Of a DNA stretch of 53,408 bases, positions 1 to 8,398 are shown in pieces; position 1 is the stretch's first letter; each line of letters starts with the position of its first letter. This DNA comes from Oligoflexales bacterium (GTDB lineage Bacteria; Bdellovibrionota_B; Oligoflexia; Oligoflexales; RGVZ01): assembly GCA_044236265.1 (NCBI GenBank), contig JBIIGV010000005.1, positions 1-53,408 on the forward strand. Direction: 5' to 3'. Position numbers and translations under genes: made by a program. The notes beneath the pieces are model-generated. The model was not told where the DNA came from, did no database searches, and saw only the letters and a list, made by a program, of their open reading frames with translations.

Positions 1-1
1 C

Positions 2-157
2 CAGGTCACCACGGATTTGGCTGGATTTTGGCAACGCGTCTATCCATCACTTCGTAATGAATACCAGCGCAAATATCCTCGGCACGCTTGGCCCGAAAAC
101 CCTCTGACAGCTGAGCCCCCACCTCCAAAGCCGCCGCGTAGGCCGTCATCACGCTAA
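2..157 (+). CDS. hrpB: ATP-dependent helicase HrpB, C-terminal fragment (5' truncated by window)
   Basis: Manual translation of frame +2 gives [34 protein letters not shown]...*, matching the HrpB C-terminal signature QVT.DL..FW...Y...R.E...RYP(K/R)H.WP.(D/N)P. TAA at 155-157. Not in the supplied ORF track. Confidence 0.85.
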   Translation, partial: QVTTDLAGFWQRVYPSLRNEYQRKYPRHAWPENPLTAEPPPPKPPRRPSSR

Positions 158-187
158 ACAAAATCATCCTTAAACGAAAGGACCACT

Positions 188-1336
188 ATGAAGCCAACAG
201 ATAACAACCACAATTGGGCATCACCAGCAACCAGTCTTCAACACGCTGGCAAGCAATTCCGATTGGGCCGAGGCCTTATTGGAGCTACCGAATCATCGGT
301 CACATTTTCAACCCCGAACATCGAAGACACACCGGTCTATAGCCGACTTGGTAATACGACCAATCACTTCGAGGCGGAAGACCTTATGTCTCACCTGCAC
401 CGGGCGCCTGCATCCATCGTTACAGGAAGTGGCATGGCTTGTCTTAATCTGATTGTTATGACGCTACTTAGACCAGGTGATCACGTTTTGGTTTTGGAGT
501 CCTGTTATGGTGGAACATATCAGATGATGATAAAAATATTTTCCGCATGGGGTATTGAAACGACGTTTGCGCCAATGTCTACATGGGAGAAACACAAAAA
601 ACCAAATACTCGAATGGTCCTATTTGAGAGTATTACGAATCCATTCTGTGAGCCTCAGGATATTGGGCGTGCAGCTCAGTTTGCTAAAACGCACAAGCTG
701 ATCAGTGTTTGTGACAATACATTTGCAAGTCCAGCTTTATGTCAGCCTTTGTCACACGGAGTTGATCTTGTGTTTGAGAGTGCCACCAAATATTTGAATG
801 GTCATTCAGATGTCATTGCCGGGATGATTGCCGGGTCAAAGGATCTAATCGATAACCTACGTAGCTTCCACTCCTATCTCGGAACCTTTCTTCCACCGCA
901 ACAATGCATGCAACTTCTGCGCGGCATGCGCACCTTGGACATCAGAATGAAGCAGCACTCAAAGACTGGCTTAGCCTTTGCTGAGGCGCTGCGTTCTTCC
1001 GGTGTTGCGGAGTTGGTGAGTTACGGCGTTCAAGCGACAAATCCAACCTTACGTTATTTTGCAAACGGCTTTGGTGGCATGGTCTCTGTCAGGTTTTCAA
1101 AAAAGGTGAATGTCAAAAAATTATTAACCCTCACCCGCCTTGTCACAAATGCGCCAAGCCTGGGAGGCACCGAGTCGACAGCGACGATGCCTGCGTTCAC
1201 GACAAATTGGTTTATGACAACGGAGCAGAAAAAAACTTTCGGAATTGATGAACAGCTTGTTCGCTTTTCGATCGGACTTGAAGAGGCAGAAGACATTGTT
1301 CAAGATGTGCTGGCCGCTGCGAAAGCCAGCATGTAA
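188..1336 (+). CDS. Cys/Met metabolism PLP-dependent enzyme (cystathionine gamma-synthase/lyase or methionine gamma-lyase family)
   Basis: Motifs YSRLGN, SGMA, YGGT, ESITNP, DNTFASP, SATKYLNGHSDV (PLP lysine), SLGGTES, RFSIGLE; AGGA RBS upstream. Confidence 0.92.
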   Translation: MKPTDNNHNWASPATSLQHAGKQFRLGRGLIGATESSVTFSTPNIEDTPVYSRLGNTTNHFEAEDLMSHLHRAPASIVTGSGMACLNLIVMTLLRPGDHVLVLESCYGGTYQMMIKIFSAWGIETTFAPMSTWEKHKKPNTRMVLFESITNPFCEPQDIGRAAQFAKTHKLISVCDNTFASPALCQPLSHGVDLVFESATKYLNGHSDVIAGMIAGSKDLIDNLRSFHSYLGTFLPPQQCMQLLRGMRTLDIRMKQHSKTGLAFAEALRSSGVAELVSYGVQATNPTLRYFANGFGGMVSVRFSKKVNVKKLLTLTRLVTNAPSLGGTESTATMPAFTTNWFMTTEQKKTFGIDEQLVRFSIGLEEAEDIVQDVLAAAKASM

Positions 1337-1338
1337 CG

Positions 1339-2052
1339 TCACCAAGCGTATCCGAGTGCCAGGTTGGCAAAGCCAAGAATCTTGAGCCCTTCAAGATTAC
1401 TGCGAATCCGCTCCATCTGGGTCCCAGAGATTGAGGTGTAGGTGCCGCGAAGATTTTGCCCGTAGTAAAACGATATCAGGGTCCATTCCACCCAAAGGCC
1501 TGATGAGAAAATATGACTCATAACAAGACCACTGCCTAGATATGCCGTCTCTGCTTGATAGTCCCCCATACTGCCCGTTTTTGAAGTCAACGTCCCGGAG
1601 GATCTCTCCAATGAGAGTACGGCGGAAAATGCGAATGGGAAGTAGGGATTGGGCCACCAAAGATAACGGCCCGAAGCCGCGATCGTCTTAGCGCGATTTT
1701 CGAACCAAGGCTCTCCTTCGTTTTGCTCAGCCGTTCTAAAGTCACCCCGAGCGATGGCCAAAGAGAGCGCCGTCTGCTCACCTCGAGTTTTCTGCCAGAT
1801 AAACCCACTAGCCGAGTGTGGCGTCGCCTCACCAAAGCGAATCCCTAACGCATTCTTCCTTGTAACACGGATGTCGGCTTGGTCATTATCATCAGCACCG
1901 CCAGAATCCAAGTCACCAACCATAGCTTGCTCGTCTTCTGGCGTAGCCTCTGCATTCAACGGATCATTGCTATCGTCCGGTGCAAAATCCATGGCATGAG
2001 CCATTTGACTGGCGCAAACAAACGAAATAGCAACGATAAATGTCCTGTGCAT
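1339..2052 (-). CDS. Hypothetical exported protein, probable outer-membrane beta-barrel
   Basis: From ATG 2052: signal peptide ending AHA, acidic linker, amphipathic beta-strands, and C-terminal LALGYAW resembling a BAM beta-signal. Confidence 0.6.
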   Translation of the reverse strand: MHRTFIVAISFVCASQMAHAMDFAPDDSNDPLNAEATPEDEQAMVGDLDSGGADDNDQADIRVTRKNALGIRFGEATPHSASGFIWQKTRGEQTALSLAIARGDFRTAEQNEGEPWFENRAKTIAASGRYLWWPNPYFPFAFSAVLSLERSSGTLTSKTGSMGDYQAETAYLGSGLVMSHIFSSGLWVEWTLISFYYGQNLRGTYTSISGTQMERIRSNLEGLKILGFANLALGYAW

Positions 2053-2182
2053 AATTAGACGAGCTTCCTCGGTTCTCAACGTGGTCTGATAATTTCAATC
2101 AAGATGACCATAAACAGATATTTTACTGTATAATATCAAAGTTAACACCCAGCACAGAACTCAATTTTTCTGAGGCCACACC

Positions 2183-2731
2183 ATGAGTCGACGATCAGAC
2201 CGCTACGGGTCTTTTATCTATCTGTTTTCTATGGCGCTCATGCTGACGATCAGTGTCGCCTCACCGGAAGCACATGCCCTTGAGGTGGCTACCGGTATCG
2301 GTGGTGTTGAGGAAGGCGATGACAGAGGGCAAACAGCTGCCATTCTTCATCTGGGACTTTCAAGTCAATGGTATTCGCGATTTTATATCTGGGGTCGAAG
2401 CTACGGACCGGTCACAGAGACTAATGGAATCTTGGCATTTGCAAAACAAACCGAAATTTTTGGATCCAAATCTCTAACAGCATCCGCAGGATTTAGTCTG
2501 ATGGCCAATCAGACGTCCATATCCTACAAGGACTATCCCCAAGAAAACTCTTCATTTACAAACACAAATATCGGACTTCTCCTTGGTCTGCGCTACAACA
2601 TCGTTGCCACGAAAAGCTTTTCCCTGACTGCATCCTGGGATTCGCACCTATTTGCAGCTGGTGATGCCGTGCTGTTGCTGGTCACCGGGCGTAAACAGAT
2701 ACTCGGTCTGACAGCAGGTGTAGCGCTATGA
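2183..2731 (+). CDS. Hypothetical exported protein, beta-barrel-like
   Basis: Signal peptide ending AHA, alternating hydrophobic strands, ends LTAGVAL; ATGA overlap with the next gene. Confidence 0.55.
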   Translation: MSRRSDRYGSFIYLFSMALMLTISVASPEAHALEVATGIGGVEEGDDRGQTAAILHLGLSSQWYSRFYIWGRSYGPVTETNGILAFAKQTEIFGSKSLTASAGFSLMANQTSISYKDYPQENSSFTNTNIGLLLGLRYNIVATKSFSLTASWDSHLFAAGDAVLLLVTGRKQILGLTAGVAL

Positions 2732-3189
2732 AAAATCCTTGCCAAAAACTTTTGAAAAACATTGTTTGCTCCCTGCTCCTGGTCGAGCTGCTTTCTATTT
2801 CACAGCAAAGCTTTGCCGGAACACTGACCCTGCGTCTTGGTCCTCCTTCGGTCGGACAAGGTGGCGCAAACCCGCTTGGATTACCTCCTGGCCCCGCTGA
2901 CATGGAATTTGCGTGGATCACTGAAAGCCAGTGGGAGACAAGCTTTTCGGTTTCCCCAGGACTTCTTATCGGTAAACGTCACAAGTGGGGAGGTCTCTAC
3001 ACCGGTATAGGCGGCGGCATTATTATCAGCTCCAACGGCGTTGGTCTTGGCCCTTATACATCATTTGGCTGGGAGTCCTCGGGAACATTGCTGCGCTACG
3101 GCATCGAATACAAACAAGCACTCGGGATGGTGAGCAGCGGATTGATTAGTCCCTACGCTGTGCGCGCCGGTCTTGGTATCGTCTTTTAA
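2728..3189 (+). CDS. Hypothetical exported Gly-rich protein, beta-barrel-like
   Basis: Signal peptide ending SFA, Gly/aromatic-rich strands, C-terminal AGLGIVF with terminal Phe. Confidence 0.55.
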   Translation: MKNPCQKLLKNIVCSLLLVELLSISQQSFAGTLTLRLGPPSVGQGGANPLGLPPGPADMEFAWITESQWETSFSVSPGLLIGKRHKWGGLYTGIGGGIIISSNGVGLGPYTSFGWESSGTLLRYGIEYKQALGMVSSGLISPYAVRAGLGIVF

Positions 3190-3201
3190 GGAGATTGCAT
3201 C

Positions 3202-3981
3202 ATGATGCATCGTCTAATGCTTTGCGGATTAATTTTGGTAACCCCCAGCCTAACGAGCTTTGTTTTGCTCGGTAAGGTTACGGCTAAGTTACCGTCTACA
3301 CCTGAGTCGCCAAATATTACATTCCACTGGTCTTCAGACGGTAAAGCTCCGGAACTAACCGAAAAAGAAAAATTTAAAGACGGCGTCTATGCCGCCTACT
3401 CCGATGCAGAATTAACTCCGATTCTCATTCAGGAGGCTATGGATCAGTGGAACTCGATTCGAGGCTCCTATCTGCGCTTTCAAATGACCACAGAAAGTGG
3501 AGAGTTGGCTATCGACAAAACAGATAAGGTGAACAACATTATCGTAAAGGACGCCGGCAATGCATCTATGGCGGCTTACGCGGCTCCCCAGGTCGATGAT
3601 GACACATCTGAAATTTCAGATTGCGATATTGTAATTAATGACAACAAGGTCACAGTTCTAAACTTTATGGAGACCATGACCCATGAACTTGGTCATTGTG
3701 TTGGACTGGGCCATCCGCACACTCACTACGGCGCCATCATGAGTTATTCGCGCGCAGGTCAAAGCTACCGACTCTCTGCTGACGACAAGGCCGGCGCAAT
3801 CTATCTTTACCCGGACCCCACCTACTCCAACGGCGAAGAGGAGCACCTGGTTGCCTGTGGTAGCATTCGTGGAGCGGGAAAAAGCCACGGCGGTCCATGG
3901 CTTTTTTGGGCGCTAAGCTTACCTGTGTTTGCAACACTGCTTCGCAGACGGAAGGTTAGCAATTCACAGGTTCGTCAATAG
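3202..3981 (+). CDS. Matrixin-family (M10-like metzincin) metalloprotease with C-terminal membrane anchor
   Basis: HELGHCVGLGH (HExxHxxGxxH), Met-turn AIMSY, LSADDKAG; signal peptide; tail ACGSI followed by a hydrophobic stretch and RRRK; AAGGAG RBS. Confidence 0.88.
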   Translation: MMHRLMLCGLILVTPSLTSFVLLGKVTAKLPSTPESPNITFHWSSDGKAPELTEKEKFKDGVYAAYSDAELTPILIQEAMDQWNSIRGSYLRFQMTTESGELAIDKTDKVNNIIVKDAGNASMAAYAAPQVDDDTSEISDCDIVINDNKVTVLNFMETMTHELGHCVGLGHPHTHYGAIMSYSRAGQSYRLSADDKAGAIYLYPDPTYSNGEEEHLVACGSIRGAGKSHGGPWLFWALSLPVFATLLRRRKVSNSQVRQ

Positions 3982-3995
3982 AGGTCAATTTTTGA

Positions 3996-5357
3996 TTAGG
4001 GTCTTGGAGACGAAGAGTCAAAATTCGACAGAAACGAATACTCAGACAACTGAGATACAGATTTTTTCTCAGCATCCTTCATTATTGAAGTTGAATAAGG
4101 ATTCTCGTAAACAGCTTCTCCAAGTGTAACAACTTCGACCACACCTCGACCCTTTAACTCCACCGCTCTCAAGTCTGTCCATGAGAAGCTATTTTCAAGG
4201 AATGGAACGACGGCGCGACTCAGGACAATCTCTCCCGGACTGGCCATAGATTCAAGCCGGCTTGTTATGTTTACGGCATCGCCCCAAATATCGAACGATA
4301 TGCGTTTGTCACAAATCACACCCGCCACAACTGACCCGGTATGGATTCCGATGCGCAAATTAATTGCCGTATCGTACGTACGGTTGAAATCTTCAAGGCT
4401 ACTGCGAATAGCTAGCGCAAAGTATGCCATACGCTTTGCATGGTCCGGGGTGGGGTTTGGACAGCCAGCAACCGCCATGTATGCATCACCCATGGTCTTG
4501 ATCTTTTCAACACCGTAGGCGTCAGCTAGAACATCAAACCGAGTGAAAAGATCATGCAGCATTCTGATTAACCTGGCCGGCGGCGTCTCAGACGCCAACT
4601 TTGTAAAGCCAACTAAATCTGCGAATAAAATCGAAACATTTGAATGGGCGCTTGCAATATTCGCACCTTTGCTCTGCATTTCCTCGACAATACCCTTCGG
4701 AAAGACTTTTAGAAGCAAATCGTCTGCAAACGATTTTTCCTTTGCCAGCTGCTTTTGCAGCTTAAATTCACGCCTTTTCAAGACCGCCGTTTCGTAAGCA
4801 ACAAAAGCACCAATTAAATTCAAAACAAATAGCTGAAAAAAATTCTGAATCTCCGATAGTTGATCGAAGTATACATGATATTTCCTCATTACGAATGCAA
4901 CGCAGCTCGCCAACACAGCCGAAATAAAAGCCATTAACGGTGACAACTGCTCCAATGTGTAAATAGACAGAATAATCAATGCTGAAAATATTTGTGACTG
5001 CAGAGCAAGCTCTCGGTTCGGCAGATGGAAAACGAAGTATTTAAAGAAGCAATACATTGCAATCGATGGCAAGATATTGCCGATATAATTAACAACTATC
5101 CTTTGATTCCCTTGCACTCTAAGTGTTAGAAAAATACCTAGAATAAAAATCTGAGCGATGAGAAATATTGGAAGAAAGTCGATCGTTAAATTTTTTGTTC
5201 TTAAAACAAGATATCCGATCCAAATGATTAACGATAATATGACCAGTCCAGCTTTAATAGCCCGCCCCATGGAACCATATTGTGATTCCTGAAACTCGCG
5301 CTCCTCATCTGAGTTCAAAACGCCAAGTGGACCAGTGATATAGCGTAATTTAGGCAA
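3996..5357 (-). CDS. Membrane-bound class III adenylate cyclase
   Basis: About 6 TM helices, then FADLVGFT, KIKTMGDAYM, LRIGIHTG and FDIWGDAVNITSRLES, with all canonical D, D, K, D, N, R residues. Start reassigned to TTG 5357 behind GGAGGAGG. Confidence 0.92.
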   Translation of the reverse strand: MPKLRYITGPLGVLNSDEEREFQESQYGSMGRAIKAGLVILSLIIWIGYLVLRTKNLTIDFLPIFLIAQIFILGIFLTLRVQGNQRIVVNYIGNILPSIAMYCFFKYFVFHLPNRELALQSQIFSALIILSIYTLEQLSPLMAFISAVLASCVAFVMRKYHVYFDQLSEIQNFFQLFVLNLIGAFVAYETAVLKRREFKLQKQLAKEKSFADDLLLKVFPKGIVEEMQSKGANIASAHSNVSILFADLVGFTKLASETPPARLIRMLHDLFTRFDVLADAYGVEKIKTMGDAYMAVAGCPNPTPDHAKRMAYFALAIRSSLEDFNRTYDTAINLRIGIHTGSVVAGVICDKRISFDIWGDAVNITSRLESMASPGEIVLSRAVVPFLENSFSWTDLRAVELKGRGVVEVVTLGEAVYENPYSTSIMKDAEKKSVSQLSEYSFLSNFDSSSPRP

Positions 5358-5779
5358 GACGACCTCCTCCGAGGCAAAACCATTCCCGATCGATGGGGTT
5401 TGGTATCGGTGGCTTTTCGCTTTACGTAATGAGGGCTTGAAAGCCGGACCCAAAAACCGCAAGGAGCATCGGTCACGGGAAAACGTCATTGCTGCTGTTA
5501 TCGTTAGTTAAACGTTTGATATTTTCTGGTTTCAAAAGACACCAGCCGTACATATTTACTAGCATGAAATCCCGAAACACATTTGGCACGCCGGCAAAGG
5601 CTCACTCTAACGATATGAACTAAAGGACAACATAATGGGTTAAATCTGAATGAAATCGAGACGTCACGCCTATTTTAGAACCCTAAGATAATCGCACACA
5701 TCCGAGTCATAGAGACAACCGAAGCCAGAGAATAGCGCGGGTAGAGTCAACCCATCGAACTCGTGATTCGAAGACACAA

Positions 5780-6235
5780 TTAGTCCTCATAACCTTCAAT
5801 AAATTCTACGCTATAACATGTCTCAATATTTCTGAACTGAACAACCCTCGTAAAGCTCATAGTCTCACTAAAAGAGTGTTCACAATGCTGCAAGCGATCG
5901 GACTTTAATAAAAATCTAAAATCAGAAAGTCCAATTTCTATATTTTGATTCAGCGTCTCTGCCTGATCTGAATTAGCCCAGTCCATCTCCTTAATAAGTT
6001 CAGTCAAATAGCGTACAGCATCTTCTCTTGTAGCGGGCCTGCAGACCATCTCTGGACTAGCCACAATGTTTTCGCGCCACCCGAAATAACTCATCTCTGG
6101 ACCTTCACCTGCGACTTGAGACATTACTGTTAGCAATTTGGATAATCTCGTGCTGGACCGAATCGTGTCGAAGTCAGCAAACCCAACGCAGAGCATAATT
6201 AATAGATTCAGGCAGGTTAATCTAAGTAATCTCAT
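5780..6235 (-). CDS. Hypothetical exported protein
   Basis: ATG 6235 with AGGAG RBS, N-terminal basic plus hydrophobic signal; no recognisable domain. Confidence 0.6.
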   Translation of the reverse strand: MRLLRLTCLNLLIMLCVGFADFDTIRSSTRLSKLLTVMSQVAGEGPEMSYFGWRENIVASPEMVCRPATREDAVRYLTELIKEMDWANSDQAETLNQNIEIGLSDFRFLLKSDRLQHCEHSFSETMSFTRVVQFRNIETCYSVEFIEGYED

Positions 6236-6632
6236 TCTAGCTCCTAATAAGCCTCCCAAACCACTCAAACAAATTGTCTTGTAGGCGTTATACTACCCGC
6301 GGCTGACTGCGATGACATTAACTTGTCACCCGCCGAATTCAGCTGATCATTGCCATAGTCGACGCCGGATCGCAAGCAAAACTAGGCCTTATCATACATC
6401 ACCACCCAGGACATCTCGCTTAGTAAAAGAAAAGCAGATTAAGAAGGTCGTAAGTGTTGGTCGAAGAAAGATTTTCTAAACTGGGATTTCTAGAATCTTC
6501 CACAAATCGCAACACATGCAGATTTTGAATCAAGGTGCGCGAAATCGTGAAGGCTCAGGATATATTTTAAAGCCAGCCCACCCAATCCTACGGCTCCCCC
6601 GCTTATAAAATATCAATCCACCACCAAAATTT

Positions 6633-6645
6633 TAAATCACTGATA
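6633..6645 (-). promoter_or_regulatory. IHF-like site
   Basis: Minus strand TATCAGTGATTTA fits WATCARnnnnTTR, within an AT-rich divergent intergenic region. Confidence 0.3.
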
Positions 6646-6792
6646 TCATTAGTTTTTTGTTGATGTGCTCTACAATTTCTTATCAGATCTTCACTCTTTT
6701 GGCCTTTGGTCCGATAACAACCTGGCAAAAAAACTCAATTGTTTAAGCGAGCCGTCAAGGTTTGCCGTTTCGAAGTGCCTGCAGGGGAATGT

Positions 6793-8136
6793 GTGAAATC
6801 TTTTTCGTTGCTAGCTGAGCCAACATTTTCAAACAAGCTTGAGTTTGAATACTCAATGACGGCAATCTCATTACGAGAGCGTGAATATGCCAAGGCATAT
6901 TTCATTTTAGCGCTCGCCTCCCCTTTATTTCTCACTGCGCTTTGGTGGCTTGGCTTAATCGGACCGGAAGAATTTTATTTTGTGGGGATTGGGCAAATTC
7001 TCCAGGCAATGGTCAGCATATATTTTTTGACAACGAATCACTCAACCAATTTGATGCGATTTGCCGTGCTCTATCTGCTAATATTTAGTCAAATTATTTG
7101 GACAGTCGGTGCACGAATTTCCATTGCTGACGGCGTTGCTAGCCAGTGGTTTGCGGGTATCTGGATCGTTCATATATTTTTTGGTGGTCTAGTTTTTCCG
7201 TTTAGAAGCCATGTGCATCACATTTTATTTGCATTCATCTTCGGAACAACCTGCTTCGGACTTGTCGGTTATCCAGATTTATATTGGGGGATCGGATCAT
7301 TATTTATAGCGCAGATTACTGGCCAAAATATTCAAATCTTAGCGCAACGCTTTTTGAAACGAGCCTCCATCAATAGATACAGAGACGAATCCCGTTACGT
7401 TCCGCGTTACGTACTGCTAAAGGCTTCACGAGAGCAAAAGAGCCTCGAAACCACTTTTGTGCCAAAAAACCGCTTTTGTATCTGCATTTGTTCGGATTGG
7501 AGAAACTATCAATCACTAGCTAGCGATGAAAATCCCCAGGTATTGGGAGAGCGGCTTGCTCACTACTACGGGCGTATCACAGACAGGCTTAACAAAGACA
7601 TTCCCGAAGGGAATTTCTTCATGGACTGGATTGCTGATGAGCTTTTTGTCGTTATTTTCTCAGAAAGTGACAAGCCAGATTTAACGCTTCTTGATAAGGG
7701 CTTTGATTTTAGTGTGTGGCTCCTCTCAAATCGTCGAACTTTTGCGCGCGAGTTTGGCTACCCTTCTGGTATAGACGTCGGCATGTCATGTGGGGTCGCA
7801 TCCGTTGGAATATTTGGTCCGATCGGTGGCGTGAAGGCCACTGCATTTGGGGCCATACCTGGGTATGCACGTCGACTAGAGTCGGTCGCAAAGCTACTTC
7901 GCTCTAATTTTGGCGATCAAGACCGCTTGGTACTTTCACGGACGGCTGGTGATTTGATGCAGCTTGACAACACCCAGTTTAGTCGTTTTCTTTTATCGGG
8001 ACATTACGCGACCAAGGATATATCGGATGCTGATGTCTACGTTTGGCCAAAGCTACCTCCGCTTGCAACAGTGGCATCATCGCCAGAAGATGAAGAGGGC
8101 GAGACTTGGAAAGATCAAATCGCAAAAAGAGCCTAA
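6793..8136 (+). CDS. Membrane protein with degenerate class III nucleotide-cyclase-like domain
   Basis: About 6 TM helices, then CSDWRNYQSLA, DWIADELF, IDVGMSCG.A.VG..G and ATAFGAIPGYARRLES in cyclase motif order. Start is GTG 6793 (after GGGGA) or TTG 6739. Confidence 0.75.
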   Translation: MKSFSLLAEPTFSNKLEFEYSMTAISLREREYAKAYFILALASPLFLTALWWLGLIGPEEFYFVGIGQILQAMVSIYFLTTNHSTNLMRFAVLYLLIFSQIIWTVGARISIADGVASQWFAGIWIVHIFFGGLVFPFRSHVHHILFAFIFGTTCFGLVGYPDLYWGIGSLFIAQITGQNIQILAQRFLKRASINRYRDESRYVPRYVLLKASREQKSLETTFVPKNRFCICICSDWRNYQSLASDENPQVLGERLAHYYGRITDRLNKDIPEGNFFMDWIADELFVVIFSESDKPDLTLLDKGFDFSVWLLSNRRTFAREFGYPSGIDVGMSCGVASVGIFGPIGGVKATAFGAIPGYARRLESVAKLLRSNFGDQDRLVLSRTAGDLMQLDNTQFSRFLLSGHYATKDISDADVYVWPKLPPLATVASSPEDEEGETWKDQIAKRA

Positions 8137-8204
8137 ACCACGCTCACTATCAATCTTTTTCGAATTCTTCATGCCTTTGAATCGGATAAATCGGGGACAC
8201 TTAA

Positions 8205-8271
8205 TTGGTGCCACCCGACTGATTCGCATCTACTATTTATTGGTAAATGCGAATCAGTCGGGTGGCACCAA
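8205..8271. repeat. Long palindrome, REP/REPIN-like element 1
   Basis: Perfect 25-bp arms 8205-8229 (TTGGTGCCACCCGACTGATTCGCAT) and 8247-8271 with a 17-nt partly pairing loop; an extra AAATCGGGGACAC lies at 8188-8200. Confidence 0.9.
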
Positions 8272-8398
8272 AAAGCCACAGTTGGGTAACACCAACGATT
8301 CCCATAAGTCGGCACATCCGATTGCGCGCTGATCGGCATACGTCTTGCTACTTACGTAATGGGCCAGAGCTTTCTTAAGCCTAGAAGAGGGGAATCCA

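Noticed and set aside
5370..5440. Possible c-di-GMP-I riboswitch (GGCAAAACCATT..., GCGAAAAGCC) upstream of the cyclase
   Set aside because: The partial motifs are on opposite strands and the GAAA tetraloop/receptor arrangement is missing; only an imperfect hairpin is present. An Rfam/Infernal search would settle it.
5358..5489. 44-aa N-terminal extension of the adenylate cyclase
   Set aside because: A strong GGAGGAGG precedes TTG 5357 and the extension looks like translated leader sequence.
5584..5599. TGGCACG as a sigma54 promoter
   Set aside because: There is no GC at the -12 position.
6690..6720. CCGATA motifs as sigma28 (FliA) promoters (also near 5405 and 15942)
   Set aside because: No correctly spaced TAAA-type -35 element could be found.
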